Origin: Candidatus Amesbacteria bacterium GW2011_GWA1_47_20
GTDB taxonomy: Bacteria; Patescibacteriota; Microgenomatia; CAZETR01; Amesbacteraceae
Direction of reading: 5' to 3'
DNA: 54,801 nt
NCBI GenBank assembly: GCA_001002405.1
Contig: LCOA01000002.1
Location: 1-54,801 of the forward strand
Made by a program: the position numbers and the translations under genes. Every line of letters begins with the position of its first letter. Position 1 is the first letter of the stretch. Below the pieces are notes generated by a model. That model saw nothing but the letters and a program-made list of their open reading frames with translations, was not told the origin of the DNA and did not search any database. Shown in pieces: positions 38,085 through 47,889 of this stretch.

Positions 38085-39586
38085 TCGGTTTTAACCACTA
38101 AATAAGCGGGGACGCGATTGGCAAAGTATACCTTGTCTAGAATCTGATGGGAAGGGATGTCCACTTCCGGCAGGCTCCAAGTAGAACCAATAAGTAAATT
38201 CCCAAGAGTAGCTTTTTCTATTTTCCAATCAATGTGTCTAAACTCGAAATTTGCAAATCCCCGGGGCGTGATTGAATTCCAATAGTCCTGGGGGCGAATT
38301 CGGCCGTAGAACAGCAAATAAATGTCCGGAACTCCTTTGATGGTGGGGCCGTCTTTGCCAAAATCCGGGTCGATGACGATGGTGGAATATTTATCACGAT
38401 TCGCCAGGGCAACGCGGGCAATTTGAGCCGAGGGATCGAAACTGTAATCGGATTTTTGCATGACAGAATGCAGCAGATAATAATCCGCCACAAAGACAAA
38501 GTTGACCAGATAGGCCAAGAGAATCAGATGCTTGAATTTAGGCCAGGCCATTTGCAAACCCACAGCAATAATAATGACCAAGGGTAATACCAAAGCCAGA
38601 GAACGAATGGGGTGATAATCGTTAAGGGTGAGACTAGCTGGCAAAGGGGAGATAACAATCCACCACCACAACGCCTTCGGGAAAATCCGGCGACGAATGA
38701 CGGTTATCAGACCAACGACAAATAACGGCAACTCGATTAAATAGGCCACGCCGGCATCCACCAACTGATTTAAAGTTAAATCCAATCCCCGGAAAAATAA
38801 AAACGAGGGGTCGAAGTACTGCAAGTAGCGGTTGACCACCGACCAGACAACCAGCCAGGCGCGGGACAGATCTATGCGGCCCAGGCTTTGAGAAATGGCG
38901 GTATTGATTTCCACATCGCCCGTCACCAAAGTTTGGCCGATGCGGGATTGCCCGCCAACTAAAAGTAAGGGTACGAGTAAGAGGAGAACTAAGAACGAGG
39001 CTTTGGGCAGGGATTTTTTGTAAATGGCCCACAGACCCAAACCCAACAAGGGGGCTAAGAGTTTGGGCGTGTGATAGGTGTACATGGACAAGACCAAGAG
39101 GAAGGTCCCCAAAACCGGGCGGCGGAAATTTAAGAGAGAATAAAAAGCGGCCAGTAACAGCGTGAAAGCCACATTCACCTCATAACTGCCCCGGGTAAAA
39201 CGGATGTGCCACGGGGATATAGCTAGCAACAGTCCGGCCAGTAATGCCAGATCCCGACGGCGGGTAATGCGGTAAGTTACCAAGTAGGTTAAGAGAACGG
39301 CTAAGACGCTAAAGACGGCCGAGGGGAAACGCACGGAAAATTCGGTCAGGCCAAAAACGGCCACGCTGGGTACAGTCAGATACAGGTAGACGGGCGGCTT
39401 GAAATCTCCCAAAGATTGAAAAACCAAGGGCATAGTTTTTTGGTACTGGTCCCGACCAGAGAGCAAAAGGGCATAGGCGTTGTAACCGATAGACACTTCA
39501 TCTACGTTTAAAAACGGCGGGTAACTCCCCAGCAAGCCCAGACGAAGAACGGCGGCGATAATAATCAGGCTAATTAGTCGGTACAT
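38081..39586 (-). CDS. GT-C (PMT/ArnT-like) membrane glycosyltransferase
   Basis: LNVDEVSIGYNAYALL.SGRD, LGDFKPP, EFSVRFPS, FTRGSYE. Confidence 0.85.
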   Translation of the reverse strand: MYRLISLIIIAAVLRLGLLGSYPPFLNVDEVSIGYNAYALLLSGRDQYQKTMPLVFQSLGDFKPPVYLYLTVPSVAVFGLTEFSVRFPSAVFSVLAVLLTYLVTYRITRRRDLALLAGLLLAISPWHIRFTRGSYEVNVAFTLLLAAFYSLLNFRRPVLGTFLLVLSMYTYHTPKLLAPLLGLGLWAIYKKSLPKASFLVLLLLVPLLLVGGQSRIGQTLVTGDVEINTAISQSLGRIDLSRAWLVVWSVVNRYLQYFDPSFLFFRGLDLTLNQLVDAGVAYLIELPLFVVGLITVIRRRIFPKALWWWIVISPLPASLTLNDYHPIRSLALVLPLVIIIAVGLQMAWPKFKHLILLAYLVNFVFVADYYLLHSVMQKSDYSFDPSAQIARVALANRDKYSTIVIDPDFGKDGPTIKGVPDIYLLFYGRIRPQDYWNSITPRGFANFEFRHIDWKIEKATLGNLLIGSTWSLPEVDIPSHQILDKVYFANRVPAYLVVKTE

Positions 39587-40796
39587 AGTAATGCAGACGG
39601 AATAATACAGGAGTACCAAATGGATCATAAACCACGGGCTCAAAGGTATCTTTGGGCTGAAGCGGGTGTTTGCCAAGCCATTTTGCGGAGACCAAAGAAA
39701 TGGGGCCGGGTGACTGAAGGCGAGGATCGTCGGGAGAGACGACTTCGATAAGGCCTATGCGGCGGATGAAATCCCGGAAATGATATGAATTTTTAGAAAG
39801 AGACGGAGGAACCGGACGCAGATGGAAGGCCAAATATGGCCCTGGGTCGGGATAGACGTCGTCGGCCAAAAGTACTGGGGAACTGGCTAGATTTATCACT
39901 TCTGAAAGTCCCCACCCGCGATCAACCCAGGTACGATGGGGTAAGAAATGGGTGGAGAAATAAGCCATGGGCAAAAGTAAGACCAGGCCCAAATAAACGG
40001 CGACGCGGGGAAGGTAACGGCCGGCCATAAGTATGAGCGACAGGTAAAACGGAAATGGCGTGATACCAAATCCGGCTAAGAGCAGAGACGCGATAGCCAG
40101 GACGGCAATGAGTTTAGACGGGCGGCGGAAAAGAAAAGGCAGGAGAATGATAAGCAAGGGGGGGATTTTCTGAGCCTTATCGCCAAAGCCAAAAAGAAAT
40201 GAGGGGTTGAGAGCCGAAAAAATATTTTGCAAGTAAACCAAAACAAAGTAAAGTTTGTTGTGCAATATTTTGGCTAAAAGTGGAAAGGCGGAGTGTTCCC
40301 CCCGGAGAGAATTGATGGTGGTAATTAAGCTTTGGGAGACAAAAGACGGCTTAAGAGCCAAAGCGGCGGCGATGGTTAAAATAACGGCCGGAATGATAAA
40401 CTTTTTTCTTTTGAGGGCGGCGATGAGTAGACTTAGAAACAAGACAACTAATTTGGCATCGTAATTACCAGGCCAAAGAAAGGCCGGGGTAGCCAAAAAA
40501 ACTAATCCTAATGTAGGCGAAGAAAAAGCAACCGCGAGAAGCATGGCAGGTAAAAGCCAGACGAGAAACTCAAAACCCAATACCCCAAATGGGACAAACA
40601 GGTAACTGGTAAGGGGAAATTGGTAACCGGCGGGACCATGGAAAAGATAGGGCAAGACGTTGCCTACTTCATCCCGGCCGAAACGCAGGAGCGTCCAGGC
40701 TCGGTAAGAATGCAAAAAATAATCGGTGGTTTGACCTATGTTTAGCAGGAGGTAAAGTTTAATTACAATTAGAATTAGGAGTGTCAATTTTTTCAT
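39570..40796 (-). CDS. Degenerate GT-C-like membrane protein
   Basis: Keeps GRDE.G..LP, INSLRGEH...LHNK and PSFLF blocks of the paralogs; DE is replaced (TTDY). Confidence 0.6.
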   Translation of the reverse strand: MKKLTLLILIVIKLYLLLNIGQTTDYFLHSYRAWTLLRFGRDEVGNVLPYLFHGPAGYQFPLTSYLFVPFGVLGFEFLVWLLPAMLLAVAFSSPTLGLVFLATPAFLWPGNYDAKLVVLFLSLLIAALKRKKFIIPAVILTIAAALALKPSFVSQSLITTINSLRGEHSAFPLLAKILHNKLYFVLVYLQNIFSALNPSFLFGFGDKAQKIPPLLIILLPFLFRRPSKLIAVLAIASLLLAGFGITPFPFYLSLILMAGRYLPRVAVYLGLVLLLPMAYFSTHFLPHRTWVDRGWGLSEVINLASSPVLLADDVYPDPGPYLAFHLRPVPPSLSKNSYHFRDFIRRIGLIEVVSPDDPRLQSPGPISLVSAKWLGKHPLQPKDTFEPVVYDPFGTPVLFRLHYYVPTN

Positions 40797-42181
40797 TTGG
40801 TGAAGCCAAACATGGGGTCGGTGAGGTTGGAATTGGCTCCGGAGCAAGACTGCTTTACTTGATCAGGAAAGTAGCGGTTTTGGTCGGGAAGAACTACTCC
40901 CAAACCCCCAAAGGTGGCATCCAGACGACCGGCCCGGGTATGGGGAAAAACTATGGTGTATACGGGGCTACCGCTATCTGGGTTGTTAACGTGCAAGTTT
41001 TTCAACCAGAAGAAATACCGGTAGCCTAGTTCACGGCCTGGGCTAGTCATATAAGAAATAGCGATACAGGGAAAATCTTGGCGCTTAGCATCTGCAACTA
41101 TATATGCAACTACATTTTTTCTTTCCACGTAGCCATTACCGTCGCCTTTAGAAGATAAGAAGAGGAATAAGTTTAACCCCAGAAAAGCGATAAGAAGTGT
41201 AGTAGTCCGTAAACGAGATAACCGAGTAACTATAAGTGCCATGGCAACTAACCAGATAATGTTTAGGCCATTTAGGTAATATTCGGAAAGGAGTATGGGG
41301 TGAAGAGTGAAAAAAAAGATATACAACAATATCCAACCGGCAAAAATTAAACGTCGCTGGTGAGTTAGCAAGGTGATTAGAAGAAGTATCGGCAGGAAGT
41401 AAATATATGGTTCGTGAGTATCAAAGCCAACGATGTTGTTAATGTTTTTTGAAGTGTAGTGAATAACTTTATGGAGCTTATCGAGGTAGTCCGGACGGAT
41501 AGAGGAAGAAGTAAAGCTGGAGATCAAAGACCTGGATTGGATGAAGTCGTGCTTGGTTTCAAACAAAATCAGAGGAGAAGTAGTAACAATAAAAATTAGG
41601 CCGGCGACAATCCAAGTTTTTAACGCGTGTTTGCGAAAGAAAACCAACGGGGCCAACAGACCCAGAGCCAGATGAATATGCCACACTAACCCAAAAAGAA
41701 AAGCACTCAAGTACAATCGGCCGGTCATGATAGCGTAATAAAACCAAATGGACCACAGCATGACCGGCGTAGTGGGCACGACTCCCCTATCGGTACTGGC
41801 TAACATGTACGACCCGGCGTAAAACAGAGTCGTTATGACGGCCATTTTCTGGCCATGAAGTTTGGTGATCACGTAATACAGACTAAAAAGCGAGGCCGCA
41901 CCGATGACTACTGAAAGCCCCAAGCCCCCCACGGGGTCCATGTTGGTTACGAAGTAAAAAGGAATTAAGGAGTAGTAAAAAAGCGGGCCGATGTAAATCC
42001 CTGGAGAAGAGGTGAGTTGACCAACTAGGCGTAAATGTTTGTCCACTACTACGTCTTTGATAATCCACGAGGCCAGGTCACCGTCGTGGCCGTAACCGTA
42101 ACGAGCTACCAGCTGATAGGTGCGCATGAACATCCCCAACACAAAAATCAAAATTATGAAGATGCGTGATTTACTGATCAT
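40793..42181 (-). CDS. GT-C (PMT/ArnT-like) membrane glycosyltransferase
   Basis: GHDGD, LVGQ...GIYIGPLFYY; multiple TM segments. Confidence 0.78.
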   Translation of the reverse strand: MISKSRIFIILIFVLGMFMRTYQLVARYGYGHDGDLASWIIKDVVVDKHLRLVGQLTSSPGIYIGPLFYYSLIPFYFVTNMDPVGGLGLSVVIGAASLFSLYYVITKLHGQKMAVITTLFYAGSYMLASTDRGVVPTTPVMLWSIWFYYAIMTGRLYLSAFLFGLVWHIHLALGLLAPLVFFRKHALKTWIVAGLIFIVTTSPLILFETKHDFIQSRSLISSFTSSSIRPDYLDKLHKVIHYTSKNINNIVGFDTHEPYIYFLPILLLITLLTHQRRLIFAGWILLYIFFFTLHPILLSEYYLNGLNIIWLVAMALIVTRLSRLRTTTLLIAFLGLNLFLFLSSKGDGNGYVERKNVVAYIVADAKRQDFPCIAISYMTSPGRELGYRYFFWLKNLHVNNPDSGSPVYTIVFPHTRAGRLDATFGGLGVVLPDQNRYFPDQVKQSCSGANSNLTDPMFGFTK

Positions 42182-43565
42182 AGAGAAGGCGTGTGCGACG
42201 GCTGACTGTAAGTGGACCGAAAGTTAACGTAGTGTCGATTTTACCAATGCCATCCTGACGAGTTTGCCAAGCGGATAAAAATTGAGGGTGTTCACCATCC
42301 GGTTCATAAATAGTGTATAGCCGCGAAACTAATTGTGCAGAAGGTCGGGCCGATTTTCCCCGCCAGAGGAAGAGATAGTCATAGGCGTGGGGAATAACCG
42401 GGGGAACGTAGACATCGGTGTTAAACGACTGGCCGGCGGCATCCTGATAAATCCAATCCACAGCCTGGATTTGGGGCGTGAGAGTAATGTAGCCTGGAAG
42501 AGTCTGGCGGAAGTATGCCAGATGATACGACACGTTTTGGAAAATAAAAACCGCCAGAAAAATGGCTGCGGCCCAGCGGCCGGCGGATAGCCAAATGGCG
42601 GCGATTAAAAGCGTAAAAGCCGGATAGACGCCGGTAAAATAATAGTCCCAAATGTAATCGTGGTTGCCGTGATAAAAAAGCAGGAGAATCAAGGGGGTGA
42701 CCCACCAGACAATAAGAATGGTGGTAGGCAGTGGCGGCAGCTTGCGGCGAACAAGTAAAAAGAGAGCGGGTAGAGACACGGCAAAAATAGCCCAGGCCCG
42801 GTCGGTGGTGAAATACTTGTTGGTAAAAATGGTGTAGTAAAAATTGAGACGTTTGGTATATGCCCCCAGATTGGGCTGGAAACTTCTTTCACTGACCAGG
42901 AAACGTTTGAATGAGTTGAATAAAATGTTCTGATGGCGGAAATTGAAAACAATTTGGGGCATGAGCGTCAAGCCAAAAAGCAGCAGGGCGACCAGGGGAA
43001 TCTTTAACTTATGCAGAAAAGCGATAATTAGAATCGCAGGCAGGAAAAAGATCGCAGAGGCGGCTTCCAGCTGCAAAGACAGACCGGCACACAGACCCAC
43101 TAACCACCAGCGGCGCTTAAGAAGTGAGTCGAGAGTAAGCACGGCAAACAGAGGTAAGGGTGTAGGATTGGACAGCCAGCGCTGATAGCCGACAAACTGC
43201 TGGGACACTGCGGTAATAAAAGCCGCCACCAGGCCTACATTGGGTCCCAAGAATTCCTCACCGAGCTTGTATATATAGTAAATGGCCAGGACGTTTAAGA
43301 GAGCCAAGAAGACCGCCGGGTACACCGGATTGCCGCCACCTAAGATATAAGCCGGGGTGATGAGGTAATAATAAAATGGCCCTAGAAAAATGCCTTCGAT
43401 ACCGGTGGTGGGGCCAATGAGGGTGAGTTTGCCAGAGTGCCAAATGTCCCACACCACTTTGGCATCCCGACCCTGGTCAAACCAAAAACCCAAAAAATCC
43501 GCCACTCGGTAAGTGCGGAGAAAAAGAGCCAGGGCTAAGATTGCAATGAGTAAGATCTTTTTCAT
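42171..43565 (-). CDS. GT-C (PMT/ArnT-like) membrane glycosyltransferase
   Basis: FDQGRD, LIGP...FLGPFYYYL, RWLSNP, WDYY. Confidence 0.82.
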   Translation of the reverse strand: MKKILLIAILALALFLRTYRVADFLGFWFDQGRDAKVVWDIWHSGKLTLIGPTTGIEGIFLGPFYYYLITPAYILGGGNPVYPAVFLALLNVLAIYYIYKLGEEFLGPNVGLVAAFITAVSQQFVGYQRWLSNPTPLPLFAVLTLDSLLKRRWWLVGLCAGLSLQLEAASAIFFLPAILIIAFLHKLKIPLVALLLFGLTLMPQIVFNFRHQNILFNSFKRFLVSERSFQPNLGAYTKRLNFYYTIFTNKYFTTDRAWAIFAVSLPALFLLVRRKLPPLPTTILIVWWVTPLILLLFYHGNHDYIWDYYFTGVYPAFTLLIAAIWLSAGRWAAAIFLAVFIFQNVSYHLAYFRQTLPGYITLTPQIQAVDWIYQDAAGQSFNTDVYVPPVIPHAYDYLFLWRGKSARPSAQLVSRLYTIYEPDGEHPQFLSAWQTRQDGIGKIDTTLTFGPLTVSRRTRLLYDQ

Positions 43566-45712
43566 TTTCCAGAGGGATTGTGAATAAGGCGGAATACTTT
43601 TACTCCCCAGGGAAATTCCCATTGGCGGTCAATTTTGGCCCAGCCAAAAGCGGCCACCTCCCACAAAGGATTATTTATGGGCTCGCACACCGGATCTTCG
43701 CAAATAACAAACAGCTGATCTGCCAATTTTTGGTGAATGGTGAAATACGGGGTGCCATAAATATCTAAGAAATACCGGTAGCCCAGGTCGTAATTCGTTT
43801 TGGCCAGAAGGGCCAGGTTGAATGGCCGGGCGGCTGATTGATCGGTCACAAATCTGGCAATTTCCCGGGTGTGAGCCAGCTGATTGTTGGGCGGGTAGCG
43901 CAAGGGAGAATTCAGCAAGGCAGCCGCGATTAGCACTATCAGCACAATAGCCCCGGTTTTTTTAAATTTTTCTACAACAAAGCCCAAAAGTAAAAACGGA
44001 GCCGGAAACAAAAATCCATAGTAATGATCATAGATATGCTGCTTATACAGACCTAGCCCAATTAAACCTACCCCCATCCAGACGGTAGTGAACCAAAAAT
44101 CTTTGGAAGGGCGGTGTTTAATTAAATAAATTAATCCGCCGATCAATAAAATTCCCATGGCTACACCCAACGGCTTGGACTTGGCAGCAAGAAGAGAGGT
44201 GTTGATATCTACCCACAGCGGCCAAAGATTGGGTAAGGCTTTGTAGGCTTTGAGATTAACTGTGGTCTGTCGATCGGCGAAGAAGGTGGTGATGGCCCGG
44301 GCATTGATCCAGCCGTGACGCATGTCAAACCAGAGAAGAGGAGACATGAGCACTGCAAAAACCAAGACAGCGTAGAGCGTATAGCGTTTAGCGTCTAGAG
44401 GTTTACGCGCCAGGAACCAGAAAAGACCCACGACGGGGAAAAGGAGTAGGCCTAAGTAATGAGAGTTGAGAACGAAGGCCAAAGAGGCTGCGGAAATGAC
44501 TAGCCAGCGCCAGTAGCCTAAACGCCAGACTTTCCAAATGCCGTACATGGATAGAAGCGCAAAAAAGGGCATAATATTGGGATTCCAAGACGAACGAGAA
44601 TAGGTGATAACTGTGGGAGATAGAGAGTAGAGAGTAGAAATTAGGAGGGCCGGAACGCGGCCAAACCATTGGCGGCCGATCCACCACAAAAGGGCCACGG
44701 TGGCCACACCGAACACAGCCACCATAATTGCCGGGCCCACTGGCGAGAATTGAGATAAAGATAGAGGAATAAGAAGTAAGTAATAATATAAGGGACCAAG
44801 ATACATATTGCCGATGGATGTGCCCGGACCAATAAGGGTGAATTTGCGGCCCAAAAGCATATCCCGGACGACGGCCACATCCCGACCTTCATCGCCTAAG
44901 AAAGTCATATACTGATCGATTTTGTTCAGCCGGACAAAAACCGCTAACGCCAAAACCGCCACTATGGCCAAAGCTTCCCAACGGAAAATTGCCCGACCTT
45001 GTTCGACTAATATCTCCTGTTTTAATTGCCACCAATATATAGCCAGTTCGCGCCAGGCTTTAATCCAAACTTTGGGATTACCACCCGTGGCTGTCCCGGC
45101 GGTTCTGGGCAAATGAGTCACGGGCATTTCGGCAATCTTCATGCCCCGGGCTCGTATCCCCGCCAACAATTGAGTATCAATCATCGCCCCGTCGGAAGGA
45201 ATACTCACCCGGCGCAAAACGTCCCGCTTGAATACTTTGAATCCGCAATCAATATCGGAGGCCAGGTATCCGAACAGGGCCCGGATGCCCGTGTTCCATA
45301 ACCAGCGGACAAATTTACGATGCAAGGGATCGCTATCGTTGGCTCTGATTCCAGAAACCATGTCTGCCTTTTCGGTTTCCATCTTTCTTAAAAGATCCGA
45401 AACTTCGGAAATATCAAACTGATTGTCCGCGTGAGTCATGACAATTAATTCCTTGGTGGCGGCTTTGAATCCGGCTTTGAGGGAGCCACCGTAGCCGCGA
45501 TTGGGGCGGTTGGTGACGATTTTCAAATTGGGGATTTTTTTGACAAAGCTTCTGGCTATCTCACCAGTTCTGTCCGATGATCCGTCATCGACCAAAATTA
45601 TTTCGGCGTCTAATTTAAGTTTTTTGGTGACGGCGGATACCGAAGTCAGGCATTTGGCGACATTCTCTTGTTCATTGTAGGCGGGAATAACTATCGAGAC
45701 GCCTTTTGACAT
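43562..45712 (-). CDS. Fusion: GT2 polyprenyl-phosphate-sugar synthase + GT-C transferase
   Basis: N-terminal VDDGSSD, NRGYG, HADNQF, DIDCGFK; C-terminal LGDEGRD, LIGP, YLGPLYYY, SRSSWNPN; one uninterrupted 716-aa ORF. Confidence 0.85.
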   Translation of the reverse strand: MSKGVSIVIPAYNEQENVAKCLTSVSAVTKKLKLDAEIILVDDGSSDRTGEIARSFVKKIPNLKIVTNRPNRGYGGSLKAGFKAATKELIVMTHADNQFDISEVSDLLRKMETEKADMVSGIRANDSDPLHRKFVRWLWNTGIRALFGYLASDIDCGFKVFKRDVLRRVSIPSDGAMIDTQLLAGIRARGMKIAEMPVTHLPRTAGTATGGNPKVWIKAWRELAIYWWQLKQEILVEQGRAIFRWEALAIVAVLALAVFVRLNKIDQYMTFLGDEGRDVAVVRDMLLGRKFTLIGPGTSIGNMYLGPLYYYLLLIPLSLSQFSPVGPAIMVAVFGVATVALLWWIGRQWFGRVPALLISTLYSLSPTVITYSRSSWNPNIMPFFALLSMYGIWKVWRLGYWRWLVISAASLAFVLNSHYLGLLLFPVVGLFWFLARKPLDAKRYTLYAVLVFAVLMSPLLWFDMRHGWINARAITTFFADRQTTVNLKAYKALPNLWPLWVDINTSLLAAKSKPLGVAMGILLIGGLIYLIKHRPSKDFWFTTVWMGVGLIGLGLYKQHIYDHYYGFLFPAPFLLLGFVVEKFKKTGAIVLIVLIAAALLNSPLRYPPNNQLAHTREIARFVTDQSAARPFNLALLAKTNYDLGYRYFLDIYGTPYFTIHQKLADQLFVICEDPVCEPINNPLWEVAAFGWAKIDRQWEFPWGVKVFRLIHNPSGK

Positions 45713-45729
45713 GCTACAATTGTATCATG
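45710..45729. promoter_or_regulatory. Palindromic bidirectional extended -10 promoter
   Basis: CATGcTACAATTGTAtCATG gives TGnTACAAT-6nt-ATG on both strands. Confidence 0.7.
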
Positions 45730-46773
45730 AAAATCAGCCGAGAATTGCTGATCTTGGCCACAGTTTCGGTAGTATCGACGTTGTCCTTGTGGATTCCGGT
45801 GGGAATGCAAAAGGTATATGAGAATTTTGATGGGCCGTACTATATCGTGATTGCCAAAAGCTGGTATGACAAAGTATTTATCCGCAACAATTTTTCCTTC
45901 CCCTTGCCTTTGGAATATTATCCGGCGCACTTCCCTTTGTATCCGGCTTTGATTTGGCTGTTTGGGGGAACGCCGACGGCGGCGGTAATAATAAACATAG
46001 TGGTATCGGCACTAACAGCTGTAGTAGTGTACAAAATATTTGCCGAATTCAAATGGGGAAATCCATTGATGGCCGGATTGGTGTGGCTGTTTGCCTGGCC
46101 GAGGATGTGGGTGACCAGATCAATTGTCAGCCCGGAAACACTATTTATCTTATTTGTAATGGTGGCGCTGTATGGATTTCATAAAAAATCATATTGGCTG
46201 GCGGCCATAACCGGGGCGCTGGCGGTGGTAACCAAAAGCCCGGGTATTTTGCTTTTTCCAGCTTTTCTCCTGGCGTCGAAAGGTGACAAAAAAATTTGGC
46301 CAACTCTGCTAATCCCAGCAGCGCTGATGGCAGTATTCGGGTTTTACTTCCTGCGCACCGGGGATTTTTGGGCATATTTTCATTCCGGAGATAATATTCA
46401 TTTACAAATTCTGCCATTTAGGGTTTTTGACAGCAACCAGGCATGGGTGGGACAGTGGTGGCTGGAGGATATTTTGTGGATTTACTTAATCGGGGGGATC
46501 GGGGTAGTTAGGGCTTTTAGAAAATCAGCTGTCTGGGGGTGGTGGGGGGCGATATTTTACGCGGTGATTTTATTTGTATCCCACCGGGATATTGCCAGAT
46601 ATTCACTGCCATTGGTACCAGTAGTTATTTTAGGCTTGGCAGATGTTTTAGAGAAGAAAGAGGTCAGATGGGTACTGCTGCTACTAATTATCCCTGTGTA
46701 TTTCTACAGTCTCAATTTCCTGGCTCACAACACGGCTGCTATTTCGGATTGGACGCCTTTTTTCTCCAAATGA
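45727..46773 (+). CDS. PIG-V-like GT-C mannosyltransferase
   Basis: NFDGPYY..IA, AHFPLYP, SPETLF, TKSPG, DIARY. Confidence 0.75.
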   Translation: MKISRELLILATVSVVSTLSLWIPVGMQKVYENFDGPYYIVIAKSWYDKVFIRNNFSFPLPLEYYPAHFPLYPALIWLFGGTPTAAVIINIVVSALTAVVVYKIFAEFKWGNPLMAGLVWLFAWPRMWVTRSIVSPETLFILFVMVALYGFHKKSYWLAAITGALAVVTKSPGILLFPAFLLASKGDKKIWPTLLIPAALMAVFGFYFLRTGDFWAYFHSGDNIHLQILPFRVFDSNQAWVGQWWLEDILWIYLIGGIGVVRAFRKSAVWGWWGAIFYAVILFVSHRDIARYSLPLVPVVILGLADVLEKKEVRWVLLLLIIPVYFYSLNFLAHNTAAISDWTPFFSK

Positions 46774-47872
46774 CGAGGGTGTACATGAGGTAGTTGTAAG
46801 GCATAACTAAAAATCCGATTGTCAGGGGTAAAACGATCTGGCGGTATTGCGAACCAAGAAGATAATCTGTGGCTACTCCCACCCCTACTTGGATCAGCAA
46901 GCCCCCGGCCGAAGTAAGGTTGAATTGCAAAAACTTTGAGGCAATAGCCGCCAGACCATTGATCTGCTGATCCCTGAATGTCCAGAGATTGTTCCAGGTG
47001 AAATTGCTTAAGATAGCCAATTCAGTGGATAGACCCCAAGCCGCCCAGCCCGGCCAGCTTAACTTAGTAAATAGATACAAAGCGAAGGCATTGACTAAAT
47101 AGCCCAAGAAACCTACCAGGCCGAATTTGATAATTTTTTGCTTGTCTTTGATGCCCAAAATAATTGCCACCTTAAAGGTGGAAATCATTTCCTTGGGGTT
47201 AAATTTAGATTTTTCTTTGGCCCGAGAGGCGAATTCTAAAGGGACCTCGACGACCTTTTTAGCATTTTTAATACTTTGATAAAGCAAGTCTACTTTGTAA
47301 GCAAATCTAGTAGGCTCCATCAGGTGTTCCAGATCAATCTGGTCCAGAACTCCCTTAACCCGGGTAAGTCTGAAACCGGTAGTCAGATCGTGAATTTGTG
47401 GTTTGAGAAGGACCATCCGGATAAAGAGGTTCCCCAAGAAACTCACCGCTTTGCGGCTAAATTCCCATTCTTTGGGGATGGAACCACCCCTAATATACCG
47501 GCTGCCAATCACATAATCGGCTCCGTTTAAGAACGCGGCCACCATATCTTTGACGAATCTGGGTGGATGTTGAAAATCAGCATCCATTTCCATAACCGCA
47601 TCAGCACCAAGTTTGTTAACTGCATACTGCATGCCCCGGATATAGGCCCAGCCCAAGCCCTCTTTGGGTTTTTGCAGCAGGTGCAGATTTTTATATTCGG
47701 CCTGATATTTTTTAACGATGTTCCCCGTGCCATCCGGAGAAAAATCATCGACGACCAGAAGATGCATCTCGGTATTCTTGATTTGGGGAAATTCTTTGCC
47801 AAACAGCTCTTCAATCATCAGGCCGATATTCTCCGCTTCATTGTACGCGGGCATAATAATTACGACTTTCAT
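46739..47872 (-). CDS. DPM1-like polyprenol-phosphate glycosyltransferase fused to a GtrA domain
   Basis: [30 protein letters not shown]-terminal KFGLVG...[10 protein letters not shown] (GtrA). Confidence 0.9.
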   Translation of the reverse strand: MKVVIIMPAYNEAENIGLMIEELFGKEFPQIKNTEMHLLVVDDFSPDGTGNIVKKYQAEYKNLHLLQKPKEGLGWAYIRGMQYAVNKLGADAVMEMDADFQHPPRFVKDMVAAFLNGADYVIGSRYIRGGSIPKEWEFSRKAVSFLGNLFIRMVLLKPQIHDLTTGFRLTRVKGVLDQIDLEHLMEPTRFAYKVDLLYQSIKNAKKVVEVPLEFASRAKEKSKFNPKEMISTFKVAIILGIKDKQKIIKFGLVGFLGYLVNAFALYLFTKLSWPGWAAWGLSTELAILSNFTWNNLWTFRDQQINGLAAIASKFLQFNLTSAGGLLIQVGVGVATDYLLGSQYRQIVLPLTIGFLVMPYNYLMYTLVIWRKKASNPK

Positions 47873-47889
47873 ATATAATTGAGTATATC
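47873..47889. promoter_or_regulatory. Overlapping divergent -10 elements in a 17-bp gap
   Basis: Plus TATAAT 47874-47879; minus TGaTATACT 47890-47882. Confidence 0.5.

Noticed and set aside
2792..44643. Short repeat arrays as CRISPR
   Set aside because: Units are 7-9 nt, directly tandem, without spacers, inside ORFs; no cas genes are present.
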